DNA of 64,000 nucleotides from positions 31,071 through 95,070 of IMG/VR virus record IMGVR_UViG_3300033233_000020. One strand, written 5' to 3'. The position numbers were made by a program, and so were the translations under genes. Positions 9,267 through 19,293 of the stretch are shown here, in pieces. Every line of letters begins with the position of its first letter. Position 1 is the first letter of the stretch. The DNA comes from a virus. The notes beneath the pieces were generated by a model. It saw nothing but the letters and a program-made list of their open reading frames with translations, searched no databases and had not been told where the DNA came from.

Positions 9267-11013
9267 AACTCATCTCCTTTTGTAAAGCTTCTAGTGTTCG
9301 ATACAGATAGGGCGTCAGATCTAGACGAGGGTCCGCAGCCATTGGAAGATCCGGAGCTTGCGGGTGAGGGGTCTGCATCATGCCCCCCACGAGACGAGAT
9401 AGTTGGGAGAAAGCTCCCTGCAACTCGTTTACCATCCTGAACGGGAACCCAGATAACATCTCGGCCCGTTCCTCATCTGTTTTTGAAGGGAAGAGGTACT
9501 TCAATGCTTCAATGCTATCAACACCTAATTCCTGAAGGTTTCTAACAACAATTGAGTTGTTCAAGATGTCCTGCGTAGATTCTTCATAAACAGGTCCCAT
9601 CCAACGCCAGAACACTGTAATGTCACCGTCAGGAATAAGTCCTTTGACACCAGGGGGAACCATCTTTGCTTCCACCAGGGCCATCATTATCTTCTTCAGT
9701 TGCTCGTTGTATTGCTTTAATGCATCTTCATAAGCAGCCTCCTCTTCTGGACTAACACCTGCTTCTGGCTGAATAGGCTTCTCAAAACCTGCAGCATTAG
9801 CAAGCGTATCTTTAAACAGTTGCTCCTCCTGGTAGATAATCAACTCAAGGCAACGAGCGATACCGTGACTATAGATAGCATTGGCCTTCTTTTTAGATGT
9901 GGCTGATACGCGACCAAACAGTGACTTGTATTCTGTTGCAGTAACACCAGCGGAAATTGAAAGCTCGTCTACACCGCCAAGCGAGGTACGAATCTCCTCT
10001 CGGTACTGACGAATAAAAGCATTTTGATCTCCACTGATTGCATCTGGAACAATGTAACCAACTCGGTCATTTGGTTCCAGGTTTGCAATAATACGTGGTA
10101 CTCGCAGTTGGCCATCAACACCACGGCTAATGGGATCTGCTTTAAACGTAGACCTAGTTAAATTAGCAGGACTAGAGAAGCCAGAGTTAGCAGCAATAGA
10201 AGGACGTTGAACAACTGAGTCACCACCAGCTTCTATGAGGTCAGTCTTGGGTCTAGAAGAAAGTAGGGTTGGGTTACCAAAGAACTGAATGTTCTTGCGC
10301 ATATTACGCACCAATTCATCATGCGTGACAATGTGATTCGCCATTGAATCAAAATCACCGCTTCCCTCCATTGAGAAGCCCTTAGGATTATTGAGAATCT
10401 CTACGCAGGGAATAAAACGCAACGTATTGGTAAACTTCTTTGTCTTACCAGGAATCATGTAGTTGATGTTGTCAAAAGACATCTCACCTTCTGAGTGAGT
10501 CTCTTCAATTACATCACGTTTAATTGAAAGTCTTATGTATCGCTTTGATCCTGGGGCCTCGCCGGAATTGATATCGTTCAGGTTGTTAGTGCCAATATCT
10601 GCGCCAAAACCATTCCCTCTCCGCACCTTATAGCTATAGATGATCACAACTTCTTCTAGCTCTCCGTCTACGTTGTAAAACGTACGATACTCATGAGACC
10701 TGAAGTAGTAAAGGCGATAATTTGACTTAGTAGGACGAACGTAAAATAAACCCTTACCATCGGCAATAAAATAATCCCAAATGGAATCAAGCCGAGTATC
10801 TAGCTTGTTGTATTTTAAAACGCGATCAATAAAGTCTTTTCGTTGGTTACCAAAATTGTCCTGTGAAGGAAAAAATTCAACTCCTTGGCGGATACCAAAA
10901 AGTTTCATCTGTGCAATATGAGAAGCAACAATACCAGAATCAACGACCGCGTTCCCATCGCGCTCAATGTAAGCGTCAATGATTTCCTTGAGTCGACTGT
11001 TAGCGTTCGCCAT
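8674..11013 (-). CDS. Probable portal protein with overlapping C-terminal extension
   Basis: Size and synteny (terminase-portal-scaffold-MCP); FIPCVEILN and FFGNPTLL segments. Confidence 0.7.
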   Translation of the reverse strand: MANANSRLKEIIDAYIERDGNAVVDSGIVASHIAQMKLFGIRQGVEFFPSQDNFGNQRKDFIDRVLKYNKLDTRLDSIWDYFIADGKGLFYVRPTKSNYRLYYFRSHEYRTFYNVDGELEEVVIIYSYKVRRGNGFGADIGTNNLNDINSGEAPGSKRYIRLSIKRDVIEETHSEGEMSFDNINYMIPGKTKKFTNTLRFIPCVEILNNPKGFSMEGSGDFDSMANHIVTHDELVRNMRKNIQFFGNPTLLSSRPKTDLIEAGGDSVVQRPSIAANSGFSSPANLTRSTFKADPISRGVDGQLRVPRIIANLEPNDRVGYIVPDAISGDQNAFIRQYREEIRTSLGGVDELSISAGVTATEYKSLFGRVSATSKKKANAIYSHGIARCLELIIYQEEQLFKDTLANAAGFEKPIQPEAGVSPEEEAAYEDALKQYNEQLKKIMMALVEAKMVPPGVKGLIPDGDITVFWRWMGPVYEESTQDILNNSIVVRNLQELGVDSIEALKYLFPSKTDEERAEMLSGFPFRMVNELQGAFSQLSRLVGGMMQTPHPQAPDLPMAADPRLDLTPYLYRTLEALQKEMSYAGRYRPIDPTDEPSTSSGSKQLRDPSVTSGSLPSGNSLSPSSAPDGTSGGYQLPISAYSVRPPIPTGGTERQPMGVGIQQSSEPTGEPGAIPIPGTVLATSQSDSVYPGQLRTSQQPSYATIGSADLANKPDLLAQLFPNFLESLLGRGSGSAPVESGKPDGGRRVRNGSSGSTKPVRAKPGSNAGQRSGMGPRSN

Positions 11014-11073
11014 TAACTATTTATCGCCCTTGATTTTTATATCTTAACAGATTAAAGAAAGTAAATTACTAAA

Positions 11074-11706
11074 TCAAGAAACGGTTTTTCTGTTGAAACC
11101 CGCTTGCTTGGTTTGCTGCATATTTGTCATTGCTTGTATGTAACGACCAATTGGATTCCCTGTGCCAGAAATTAAAAGCTCTTCCGTCTCTGCTGGTTGT
11201 TGTGATACGTTGTCTACTTTGTCTTTATTTTGCATGTTTGTTAGTGCTTGTACGTAGCGACCAAATGAATTCCCTGTACCAGAAAGTAAAGGCTCTTCCG
11301 TCTCTGCTGGTTGCTGTGCTGCGTTGCTTTGTTGATTTATATTTTGCATATTTTCTATTCCTTGTGTGTAGCGGGTAAAAGGCTCTCCAGGGCCTGCAAA
11401 AGGATTAAATACTGTAGACATAGATGCTACATTTCCTATATTCATCGCTGGTTGACCCATTGCTTGAGGTCCAAATACAGCTCCTGGATTTGATTCCATG
11501 ACATCACGAAGATTTTTTATCCGTTGCCCAGTTGGAGTGTTATCCATTCCACGACGCCAAAGTTGATTAACCCCTGGCTGCTGCCCTGGTGGGAAAGGAT
11601 CCCGTGTCCATGTACCCGCAACTGTAGTATCCGGTGCACCGGCATTCCCAATATATCCAGCTTGAACACTCTTTTGCAATGGATTGGAATTAAACATTTT
11701 TTTCAA
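11074..11706 (-). CDS. Hypothetical protein with a 38-aa internal repeat
   Basis: QQPAETEE.L.SGTGN..GRY.QA.TNMQ occurs twice. Confidence 0.6.
   Translation of the reverse strand: MKKMFNSNPLQKSVQAGYIGNAGAPDTTVAGTWTRDPFPPGQQPGVNQLWRRGMDNTPTGQRIKNLRDVMESNPGAVFGPQAMGQPAMNIGNVASMSTVFNPFAGPGEPFTRYTQGIENMQNINQQSNAAQQPAETEEPLLSGTGNSFGRYVQALTNMQNKDKVDNVSQQPAETEELLISGTGNPIGRYIQAMTNMQQTKQAGFNRKTVS
11116..11356. repeat. 114-bp imperfect tandem repeat (about 2.1 copies)
   Basis: CTTCCGTCTCTGCTGGTTG at 11181 and 11295. Confidence 0.8.
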
Positions 11707-11722
11707 ACCTGTTGTTTTTATT

Positions 11723-11908
11723 TTACTCTTCTTTTACTTCGTAACCAGAAGGGTCATGTACTTTGCTCAATACAATACCCTCGCCCTTCAAATCCCAATT
11801 AAGAATATCCCCTTCTTTCCATCCAAGCTCATCAATTAGTTCATCTGGAAACTCAATGAACAATTCCCCTTGTTCATTTTCTTGAACCTCCACAGTGTAA
11901 CTTGTCAT
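11723..11908 (-). CDS. AbrB/MazE-like DNA-binding protein
   Basis: ELFIEFPDELIDELGWKEGDILNW. Confidence 0.7.
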   Translation of the reverse strand: MTSYTVEVQENEQGELFIEFPDELIDELGWKEGDILNWDLKGEGIVLSKVHDPSGYEVKEE

Positions 11909-12198
11909 TTTGTAAAAAGCTTTTCCACTAGCTTATCAAGCTTAAGGTTGATTTGCCTAAAGTTATCATGCATTTCCTGGATTTCCCTTAAGAAGTCAAC
12001 CTTGAGAACGTATTCCAAGGGGAGCCGGCTCACTTGATTTTCTAATGAGTTTAAACGATTCTCTTGCTTACTTAACAATTCGTACACTGTTTTAACCCTA
12101 TCGCTTGCACGTGAAAGTATCTTGTTTGCCACCCAGCTCCCACCTCCAATTGAGGATATTACCGCCGTTAGGACGAGAGCAAAATATTCCGGGCCCAT
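11905..12198 (-). CDS. Membrane-anchored coiled-coil protein
   Basis: N-terminal TM segment, heptads, LPLEYVLKVDF. Confidence 0.55.
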   Translation of the reverse strand: MGPEYFALVLTAVISSIGGGSWVANKILSRASDRVKTVYELLSKQENRLNSLENQVSRLPLEYVLKVDFLREIQEMHDNFRQINLKLDKLVEKLFTK

Positions 12199-12227
12199 CA
12201 GTCAAATACTTTTCTATATTTTACTAT

Positions 12228-13766
12228 CTAAAAATCAATCTGAAGATTCCCTTTACGCATCAAGCCTGTAACGAGCCAGACCAGGGCGTCAACACAGTCA
12301 TCGTGACTGCTTACACCGAAGTTAGTCAACTCTTCAAACATTGCCGTAAAGTTTCGATAACGATTAAAAATGATCTTTCTATCTTCAAACATACCCATGA
12401 TGCCACGGAATCTTGCCAGTTTATCTGCCCTAAAAGCTTTTACGGGATGCCAATTTAAGTTGTATAGTCCTTCATTATTTAAGCAAACTCTTTTGAAGTC
12501 TGATTCCAAAGAAGCCTGATAGGCTACTGCTTCAGACCAAATAGCACACGTTGAATAGGTAGGAAAATACATTCCACCTTCATCCTTACCAATAACAGAC
12601 CAGTCATTTAAAAGCTCTTTCAACTCATCTAGTTTCTCCAAGTTACCCATCACACGTAGTCGCCTGTAATCAATGATGTGGATCTGATCGCCAATGCGAC
12701 CACCCAATACCATCACCGTGTAATCATTCTTTTCTTTGATTCCAGCGGAGAGGTCAACCCCAATACCAAGAGCATCAAATTCAGTTGCTATTTCAGCTTT
12801 AACAATAAGTTCCGGCGTCAGCGACAATTCATTTTGCCTGACAATCTGATTCATGTACTGGAAAGAAAAAGCAATAGGTGCCTGCCTCTTCTTTTCCTTC
12901 AAGTAATCAAGGGACCACATCTCTGGCCAATAGGACTGCTCTTCTCCCGTGATGGGATCATTGTTGATTGCAGATAGAACAATCTGACGCCAATTATTTT
13001 GCTCATTAAAAGTGGTTGCATGGATGTCATCATGCCTAAATCTGGTACCTAGACAAATTGCTCGACCACCTTCAAACATCGTTGGCGCAATAACTGCGTT
13101 CCAGTTATCTTGCATTGTGCGCCTGATATCTGGGTTAGAAATATCGGCACTACTTTTAATAGGGTCATCGATACAAACTAAATGACTACGCTTGGATGTA
13201 ACTGATCCCTTTAGGCCTGCGGCACACAAAGTAAACTGTTCATCACCTGTGTTTTCAATACCCGCAAAACGATAATCAATTGACCAATATTCATTGCTGG
13301 TTACGTTCTTAAGAAGTCGTACAGACGGAAATACTTCTTGATACCGTTTACTTTCAATAATTCGTTTAATGGTTGCCGACTTAGAGCGAGCAATGTCAAC
13401 CGTATAGGACAAGTAAAGAATTTGAAGCGGTTTCTTCGCTGTGGTGTGAACACCAATAGACCATGCTGCAAGCAAACCCAAGACTGTTGATTTGGCTGAA
13501 CCCCTGCTGGCAAGTAGGTCTAGGTTTGGTCCAGCAATCTTGAGTAAACAATCACTGTCTTGGTTTGTTACCAGATGTTGATGCCATTCAAGGTGGTGCT
13601 TCGCTGGTTTCTTTTTGGGATCAATGTACTCGCAGAAAAAAGCAAAATCATCTCTTGCTCTAATCAATGAGTCTTCATCTTTATGTTTGCGTATCTTGTG
13701 ATTATTAGCGGCTGCTTGTGCGTTACGTCTATATGCAAGATGAAGATTTGAAGCCACGTTAGCCAA
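12228..13766 (-). CDS. terL: Terminase large subunit
   Basis: Walker A ASRGSAKS, Walker B VCIDDP, coupling GTRFR.DD, RNase H GVDLS and HDDCVDAL. Confidence 0.92.
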   Translation of the reverse strand: MANVASNLHLAYRRNAQAAANNHKIRKHKDEDSLIRARDDFAFFCEYIDPKKKPAKHHLEWHQHLVTNQDSDCLLKIAGPNLDLLASRGSAKSTVLGLLAAWSIGVHTTAKKPLQILYLSYTVDIARSKSATIKRIIESKRYQEVFPSVRLLKNVTSNEYWSIDYRFAGIENTGDEQFTLCAAGLKGSVTSKRSHLVCIDDPIKSSADISNPDIRRTMQDNWNAVIAPTMFEGGRAICLGTRFRHDDIHATTFNEQNNWRQIVLSAINNDPITGEEQSYWPEMWSLDYLKEKKRQAPIAFSFQYMNQIVRQNELSLTPELIVKAEIATEFDALGIGVDLSAGIKEKNDYTVMVLGGRIGDQIHIIDYRRLRVMGNLEKLDELKELLNDWSVIGKDEGGMYFPTYSTCAIWSEAVAYQASLESDFKRVCLNNEGLYNLNWHPVKAFRADKLARFRGIMGMFEDRKIIFNRYRNFTAMFEELTNFGVSSHDDCVDALVWLVTGLMRKGNLQIDF

Positions 13767-13796
13767 CAGCCTTTAACTGCATACTAACTTACTTTC

Positions 13797-13949
13797 TTAT
13801 TTATCGTTCTTTTGCTTCTTGTATTGCCTTGCTTTATCCAAGGCAACCTTACGTTTCTCCGTATCACTCATGTCAGATCCGTCTTCCTTTTTAGTTTCTG
13901 TATTTTTAAAATGCGCTATTAATTGAAGAGGTGTTTTGGGTTTATTCAT
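13797..13949 (-). CDS. Small Lys-rich protein (50 aa)
   Basis: Hand-translated MNKPKTPLQLIAHFK...KKQKNDK; start overlaps upstream stop (TAATG). Confidence 0.6.
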   Translation of the reverse strand: MNKPKTPLQLIAHFKNTETKKEDGSDMSDTEKRKVALDKARQYKKQKNDK

Positions 13950-14161
13950 TAAACAGAACGAGCTTCTGGCTTACGGGAAACATTTAACAACTCTTGAAAT
14001 TTATCGGGGTCGCCAGGGGTAGGTGCATCTGTTTTTTTGGGTTCTGAACTACGTGCTTGAAGTGGACGATCACCACTGTTTTTTTGTAGTCTTTGGACCA
14101 TACTAAATATGTCTGCTGGGGTAATAAAACCAGCGGTTGGCTTGTTAGCTTTATAGTCCAT
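13949..14161 (-). CDS. Hypothetical protein
   Basis: ORF tiles the operon. Confidence 0.55.
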   Translation of the reverse strand: MDYKANKPTAGFITPADIFSMVQRLQKNSGDRPLQARSSEPKKTDAPTPGDPDKFQELLNVSRKPEARSV

Positions 14162-14164
14162 AAA

Positions 14165-14782
14165 TTAATCCTCGAATTGCATCTTAGCCCATACACTCAT
14201 CGATGCTTCATGCAATGGACCTTCAATAGGATCGTCTTTGAAGATTAACATTAACTCTCGAATTGCGCGGTCTGCGCCAGCCATCAATAAACCCTTGTTG
14301 TCCCTGGATGAAGTAAAGGAATCAACCTGAGAAATGGTGCTGCGTAATTCTTTTTGTAGGCTTGCAATACGCGCAACACCTACATCTCTTTTTACTGCAA
14401 AGTTTTCAATATCTTCTCGTAGTTTACGGATGTCTTCCTGCATCTCTCTAATTTCTGAGAGCAAGATTTTAAGGTGATTAGGTTTTGGGAACTTATTGTT
14501 TACCCATGCTTCCGCAGCAACTATGCTGCCGCGATACCCAAGGAACCTGGAGTACAGGTAAACTTGAATAGGGGAGAACGTGTCTTTAGCAAAAGAATAA
14601 AACGAATCTAAGGTAGGAACATCCAGGCCTTCAAGCCAGTAGTCAAATACCTCAATATCGATACGCTCGTTGGGACTGCCCGTAGTCTCGTGCTTCGTCT
14701 GATTCGCCGAAACGCTGGGCTTGTTCTGCGCTTGTGCGCTGTTCTTGGGCGCTCTTTCCGAGACTTTCCCTTTGCTGTGCAC
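14165..14782 (-). CDS. Possible terminase small subunit; start uncertain
   Basis: Helical/coiled-coil protein of about 170-205 aa just upstream of terL. Confidence 0.4.
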   Translation of the reverse strand: MHSKGKVSERAPKNSAQAQNKPSVSANQTKHETTGSPNERIDIEVFDYWLEGLDVPTLDSFYSFAKDTFSPIQVYLYSRFLGYRGSIVAAEAWVNNKFPKPNHLKILLSEIREMQEDIRKLREDIENFAVKRDVGVARIASLQKELRSTISQVDSFTSSRDNKGLLMAGADRAIRELMLIFKDDPIEGPLHEASMSVWAKMQFED

Positions 14783-14897
14783 CCTGGTCCTCCATTTTCT
14801 TTTTGGAAAAATCGTAAGCTACGCCAGCTGCTTGACGATATTTGTCAAGATCAAACCAATCATCATTTTCGTAAGTTGGTGCTGGATCGATAGCCAT
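14652..14897 (-). CDS. Small charged virion protein
   Basis: WFDLDKYRQAAGVAY; tiles the operon. Confidence 0.6.
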   Translation of the reverse strand: MAIDPAPTYENDDWFDLDKYRQAAGVAYDFSKKKMEDQGAQQRESLGKSAQEQRTSAEQAQRFGESDEARDYGQSQRAYRY

Positions 14898-14911
14898 CTA
14901 AATAATCCTAC

Positions 14912-15121
14912 TCAGAAATTACTCATCATGCCAGCCATACCTTGGGCAAAGGTACCGCGACGATCTTCAACAGCTTTTTGACGCACTTGACGCTTTTTGG
15001 AGCCTTCAAGACGATCAAGCAGTTGTTGGAACTCGACAAGATTAACAGCAGCGTCAGCACCAGTGTTGCCAGCTACACCTTGATTGGATACACCTTGATT
15101 GGATCCACTTTGATTAGCCAT
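14912..15121 (-). CDS. Small virion protein
   Basis: GGAG RBS; FQQLLDRLEGSK...GMAGMMSNF. Confidence 0.6.
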   Translation of the reverse strand: MANQSGSNQGVSNQGVAGNTGADAAVNLVEFQQLLDRLEGSKKRQVRQKAVEDRRGTFAQGMAGMMSNF

Positions 15122-15164
15122 AACTCCGAGATTTAACTTCTTAAATTATAAGATACCTTATCTG

Positions 15165-15749
15165 TTAAAAGTTGAATGCGGAAACAAGACTACCAAGGAT
15201 GGCGGTACTGCGATCAATTTTTTTACCTTTAATACCGTATTCACCACGAATATTTTCAACGTTTGCTGCACCGGCGTTGATAATACCTTGTAAATCAATG
15301 GCACCTTTGGCGCGAATATTTTCAGCTCCTAGGACACCTTCTAACTCTCTATCCGAAGAATACTTAGTACCTTCAAGATTTAATGCACCTAATCCTAAAG
15401 CAGTGTTTTTCTTTATCCTTTCAACAGCTATTAGCGATTTACCGTTTTCTTTGGCTACATCAATAGAACTCTGAGCATTTAAAACTCCGAGGTTCTGAGC
15501 TAATGTGCCTTGGTATGCACCAGGGGTTAAAAACTCCTCGGAAGAAAAATCACCAAAACCAGGTACGTCTACAGGGGAAGAGTTACCACCCTCTCTTGCA
15601 CCATAACTAACATCAATGCCCATAGACTTAGCTATGGGTATCACACCGCCTTTTATACCTAGCTTTTTCTTGATTAGATTTAAACCAGCAAGATTTAATG
15701 TATCCCTGCCTTTAAGCGCATCTCTTATTTGTTGTTCATTGCTTGCCAT
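15165..15749 (-). CDS. Putative internal/ejection protein
   Basis: Repeated (V/A)ENIR-type units; amphipathic C-terminus. Confidence 0.5.
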   Translation of the reverse strand: MASNEQQIRDALKGRDTLNLAGLNLIKKKLGIKGGVIPIAKSMGIDVSYGAREGGNSSPVDVPGFGDFSSEEFLTPGAYQGTLAQNLGVLNAQSSIDVAKENGKSLIAVERIKKNTALGLGALNLEGTKYSSDRELEGVLGAENIRAKGAIDLQGIINAGAANVENIRGEYGIKGKKIDRSTAILGSLVSAFNF

Positions 15750-15755
15750 TTTTTA

Positions 15756-16331
15756 CTAACCTCGATACACAAGAGGATCGATCTTTAGCCCATAACGAGC
15801 ACCTGTAAAACCAACTGCTCCCGTATTGGGATCTTTTGTTGGTACAAGTCGCCCGTACATTGCAGATACCGCCTCCTCAGAAGGAGTTTCCGCCTGCGCA
15901 AAATTACTAGCAGGATTTGAGTAGGCCATACCAGCTATCTCTTGCAGAGAAGGGCTTTCTTTTTTGAAATATTCACGTTCTTCAGGATTCATTACTCTTC
16001 CCAGGGCGGAAAGATAAGTTTGCTGTGCCTTATCCAAGGCTTCTTTTTTGGAAGGGCTATAAGTTGCTTTATAAGCATCAGTCCAGGTTCTGCCTCCAGG
16101 TTGGAAAGTTCTTGATTTAGGATACATTTTTCCTATTGTAGCAATATCAAAAGCTGCCTGGCTTGGGTCAGTCCCAGAGGAAAGCACTGATTGAAATAAA
16201 TCAGAAAGCCTGTTTTCTTCTTTTTCACCTAGGCGATCATTGCTGAATATTGTTTTCCAATATTCCTGTGCATCCGGATCCATGTCTGGCGCATCAGGAC
16301 CCCCAAAAATACCACCAAGAAAACTACTCAT
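15756..16331 (-). CDS. Putative internal virion protein
   Basis: MSSFLGGIFGG N-terminus typical of pilot-like proteins. Confidence 0.5.
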   Translation of the reverse strand: MSSFLGGIFGGPDAPDMDPDAQEYWKTIFSNDRLGEKEENRLSDLFQSVLSSGTDPSQAAFDIATIGKMYPKSRTFQPGGRTWTDAYKATYSPSKKEALDKAQQTYLSALGRVMNPEEREYFKKESPSLQEIAGMAYSNPASNFAQAETPSEEAVSAMYGRLVPTKDPNTGAVGFTGARYGLKIDPLVYRG

Positions 16332-16837
16332 TATGTTCTCCGATAAATAGGGCCATACAAATCTTTTCTAGCAGCAGAAGCAGTGACGCCACGCGTGTTT
16401 AAAAGATTTTCAAAATCCTGTGGTCCATAATAACCAGCTTGCCTGGCACTAGCTTTATCCCTAAGGGATTGCATCTCTCTGCCGTACTCTTGGTTTTTTA
16501 AAAATTCTTGGCCTGCCAGGTTAGCAACAAAGCCAATTTTTGCTTGGCGTTGTGCATTCTTCATAGAAGCTTCTGCTGCTTGGGTAGCCGCACCAGCACC
16601 ATAGAGACTCATGAGCCCACCAGCAATTAAGCCAACAGGGCCTCCTGCCAACCCAAGCAATCCACTAGCAGCCCCACCTGCGGCAGCAGACCCACCTGCG
16701 GCAGCAGCTCCACTTGCGGCAGCAGCCGCCCCTGCACCAGCAGCAGCTCCACCTGCACCAGCAGCCGCCCCTAGCCCACCAAATGCAGAAGCCGGATTAA
16801 AAATGGCGGGATTAAAACCAGAAAAAGAACCAAACAT
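16331..16837 (-). CDS. Pilot/ejection-like Ala/Gly-rich protein
   Basis: Long poly-Ala/Gly run then GLLGLAGGPVGLIAGGL and a Gln/Ala helix. Confidence 0.6.
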   Translation of the reverse strand: MFGSFSGFNPAIFNPASAFGGLGAAAGAGGAAAGAGAAAAASGAAAAGGSAAAGGAASGLLGLAGGPVGLIAGGLMSLYGAGAATQAAEASMKNAQRQAKIGFVANLAGQEFLKNQEYGREMQSLRDKASARQAGYYGPQDFENLLNTRGVTASAARKDLYGPIYRRT

Positions 16838-16849
16838 CTAATCAACCTC

Positions 16850-17374
16850 CTAAAAGTATTTTACCACTTGAGGTGCTTGAAAATTCTCTGTCTGTCTTCC
16901 GAAAGCAGTTGCAGCTTCTCGGCCATACATCTGCCCTGCGTTTGCAATTTGACCAGGAATATTAGTAATTGTTTTAAGTAAGTTTGTAGCTACTAACTCT
17001 TGAAATTCAAGGGGTCTTGCTTTTAATCGGTTAGCGAATTGCCTTTGCTCAGTCATATCTAAAATCTTAGAATAATTCTCTAACAGCTGATTGTCACTTT
17101 GCTGTCTCATTTGATTACCAAAAAGCTGAGCCATGGCCATGCTACGTGCAGTTTCATCAGGAATAGCATTAGCTGCATTGACAGCAGCTTGAAAATCCTG
17201 ACCACCAAATCCACCCATATTACTAGATATTCCTTGTGGAGGCTCTAGTAGTGTTACCGGTGTGGTTACCGTGGGATCTAGTTTAGTTCTAAACGCGTTA
17301 CTGTAATTTGGGTCAAAACCCTGGAACCCACTAGCAAGAAGATTACCAAAAGCTTGTGAAGAAGCAGATGCCAT
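16850..17374 (-). CDS. Putative internal virion protein
   Basis: Gln/Ala/Asn-rich ORF in the operon. Confidence 0.5.
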   Translation of the reverse strand: MASASSQAFGNLLASGFQGFDPNYSNAFRTKLDPTVTTPVTLLEPPQGISSNMGGFGGQDFQAAVNAANAIPDETARSMAMAQLFGNQMRQQSDNQLLENYSKILDMTEQRQFANRLKARPLEFQELVATNLLKTITNIPGQIANAGQMYGREAATAFGRQTENFQAPQVVKYF

Positions 17375-17379
17375 GTTAT

Positions 17380-18333
17380 TTACCCGAATGCGATACTAGG
17401 TGCTTGAAGGTTAGCACTTGCGTAAGGATTAGATTGCAATGCAGTACGTAACGTTGCACCCATCTCAGCCTGACTGCCTGTTGCTAGTTTACCAGCGGTT
17501 GCCAAGGTTCCAAGCATCGCATACTGTTGGCCTTGTGTAGCCATCAATGCTTGCTGACGTACTAGGTTAGCATTGTTCATCTTTTGAATCAAAGGATTCA
17601 TCCTTTGCATATCAAGATAATCTTGCTCACTATTGAACAAACGTAAATCTTTAATATTGCTGGTTTGAATTCCTTGAGCACGACCAAATAAATCAAGTCC
17701 TTGATCAGCCATTAAATACTGTTCAGCAAGTTGATTTTTTAAATCATCTTTCCCAGTAATAGGATCACCAGTTAAAGAACGCTTGGTACTTTCAGCTAGC
17801 TGTGCTCCAATATTACCACTAATCATGCCACCAGCTACAGGCAAAGCAGCTTGCCCTAATTTACCTAGTAGACCAACAATGCCAGGAGCTTTGGCAACTC
17901 CACCAAGAACAGCCTTACCTAAACCAACACCAACAGCAGAACCCAGTAAACCTCCACCAAGAGCACCTAAAGCGCCTGTTGGACGGCCAGCTTGTGCTTC
18001 TTCTACTGCGGTGAATACAGGAGCGATGGTACCGCCTATTAAACCAACGCGGCCCATAGGAATATTTTGTAACGTCCCTGGCAATTGACCCAATGCTGCG
18101 CGAGCACGTGTAAGTTGTTCTTGCGCAAAATCTTTTGCGTTATTAAAACGAGAAGCTTGTACGTTTTGCTGTGTAATATCAACGTCACTTAAAAAGGGTT
18201 GTGACGTACCTGCTACAGAACGCCTTTGCTTAAGGGTTATATCCTCAAGAGGTGAACGCGCACCATAAGTGTTAACTCCCCCTAGGTCAACACCTGCTTG
18301 TAATGCAGCTAACTGTTCGGGAGTAAGGGCCAT
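17380..18333 (-). CDS. Putative ejection protein with glycine-zipper segments
   Basis: GALGALGGGLLGSAVGVGLG; Gln-rich helical C-terminus. Confidence 0.55.
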   Translation of the reverse strand: MALTPEQLAALQAGVDLGGVNTYGARSPLEDITLKQRRSVAGTSQPFLSDVDITQQNVQASRFNNAKDFAQEQLTRARAALGQLPGTLQNIPMGRVGLIGGTIAPVFTAVEEAQAGRPTGALGALGGGLLGSAVGVGLGKAVLGGVAKAPGIVGLLGKLGQAALPVAGGMISGNIGAQLAESTKRSLTGDPITGKDDLKNQLAEQYLMADQGLDLFGRAQGIQTSNIKDLRLFNSEQDYLDMQRMNPLIQKMNNANLVRQQALMATQGQQYAMLGTLATAGKLATGSQAEMGATLRTALQSNPYASANLQAPSIAFG

Positions 18334-18363
18334 CTATACATGTATTACATTAATTAAATTCTA

Positions 18364-19293
18364 TCACTGCATATCTTGTTGGTATTCAACAAGCGTTGGT
18401 AATCTTGGTCGATTACCTTGTGCGATTGCTTCGTTGATAACGGTACCAATCGCAGCACCAGCAGCAGAACCTAAGCCTGCGCCAACAATGCCCCTACGGA
18501 AGGCCTGCTTGGGTCCAGGAGCTGTCCTGATTGCTGCTGCGGTACCAGCTAAGCCAGCAGCCGCTGTTGTGGCTGAGGCTATGTTTACGGGGTAACCAAG
18601 GACACGTAACTCTGGGACGCCTTCTAAGTTCTCAGGTGTGGCTTTGACTAGCCCCATGAGACCTTTGTCTTGATAATAATTCCGCATAAACTGACTATAA
18701 CGCTCAGGCGTTAAGTCAGGAATATCTTCTTTTGCTGTTTCATATTTTAGTGGTCGGCCGGAGCGACCCAAAAAGAAACGTTCAAATAATTCAAGACCTG
18801 GTTGAGTGGTTTCCCTACGATCTTCTGAACCTTCTTCTGCGTAACTCTGAGCGTATCCCTTGGGACGAAACATCTCGCCGACATTGGTAATGTCATAGTT
18901 ACCTGCAAGTGCTGTGGCTGGTAACGCAATAGCGGAACCAATCAGACCGGTCTTTAGTGGACCCAGCTCCTTGTAAGTTTCTTTACCAATGGTCTTTTCA
19001 ATTCCTTTCTCAAGTATTGCAAGCGGATGGTTGTACCGCCAATAAACACCACGTGTACCATCATTGGTGATGTCTGTGGCAATACGTGCTGCCATAGCAC
19101 CAACTGCTTGAAGAGGAGTCTCCTTAAAAGAAACACCCCTACTTGCTAATTCTTTTTTGTAAGGACTGGCAAGATTTAAAACACTTGGATATGCTTCGTT
19201 TGCTGCTTTGCTTGATTCCGCACTCTTACGTGCGCCAAGTAACACTTGTCTACCACCATGTAACAGTGCTTGAAAGGGACCTGGATTAGACAC
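18364..19293 (-). CDS. Putative virion membrane-active protein
   Basis: Hydrophobic Gly/Ala helices; ELFERFFLGR core. Confidence 0.55.
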   Translation of the reverse strand: MSNPGPFQALLHGGRQVLLGARKSAESSKAANEAYPSVLNLASPYKKELASRGVSFKETPLQAVGAMAARIATDITNDGTRGVYWRYNHPLAILEKGIEKTIGKETYKELGPLKTGLIGSAIALPATALAGNYDITNVGEMFRPKGYAQSYAEEGSEDRRETTQPGLELFERFFLGRSGRPLKYETAKEDIPDLTPERYSQFMRNYYQDKGLMGLVKATPENLEGVPELRVLGYPVNIASATTAAAGLAGTAAAIRTAPGPKQAFRRGIVGAGLGSAAGAAIGTVINEAIAQGNRPRLPTLVEYQQDMQ

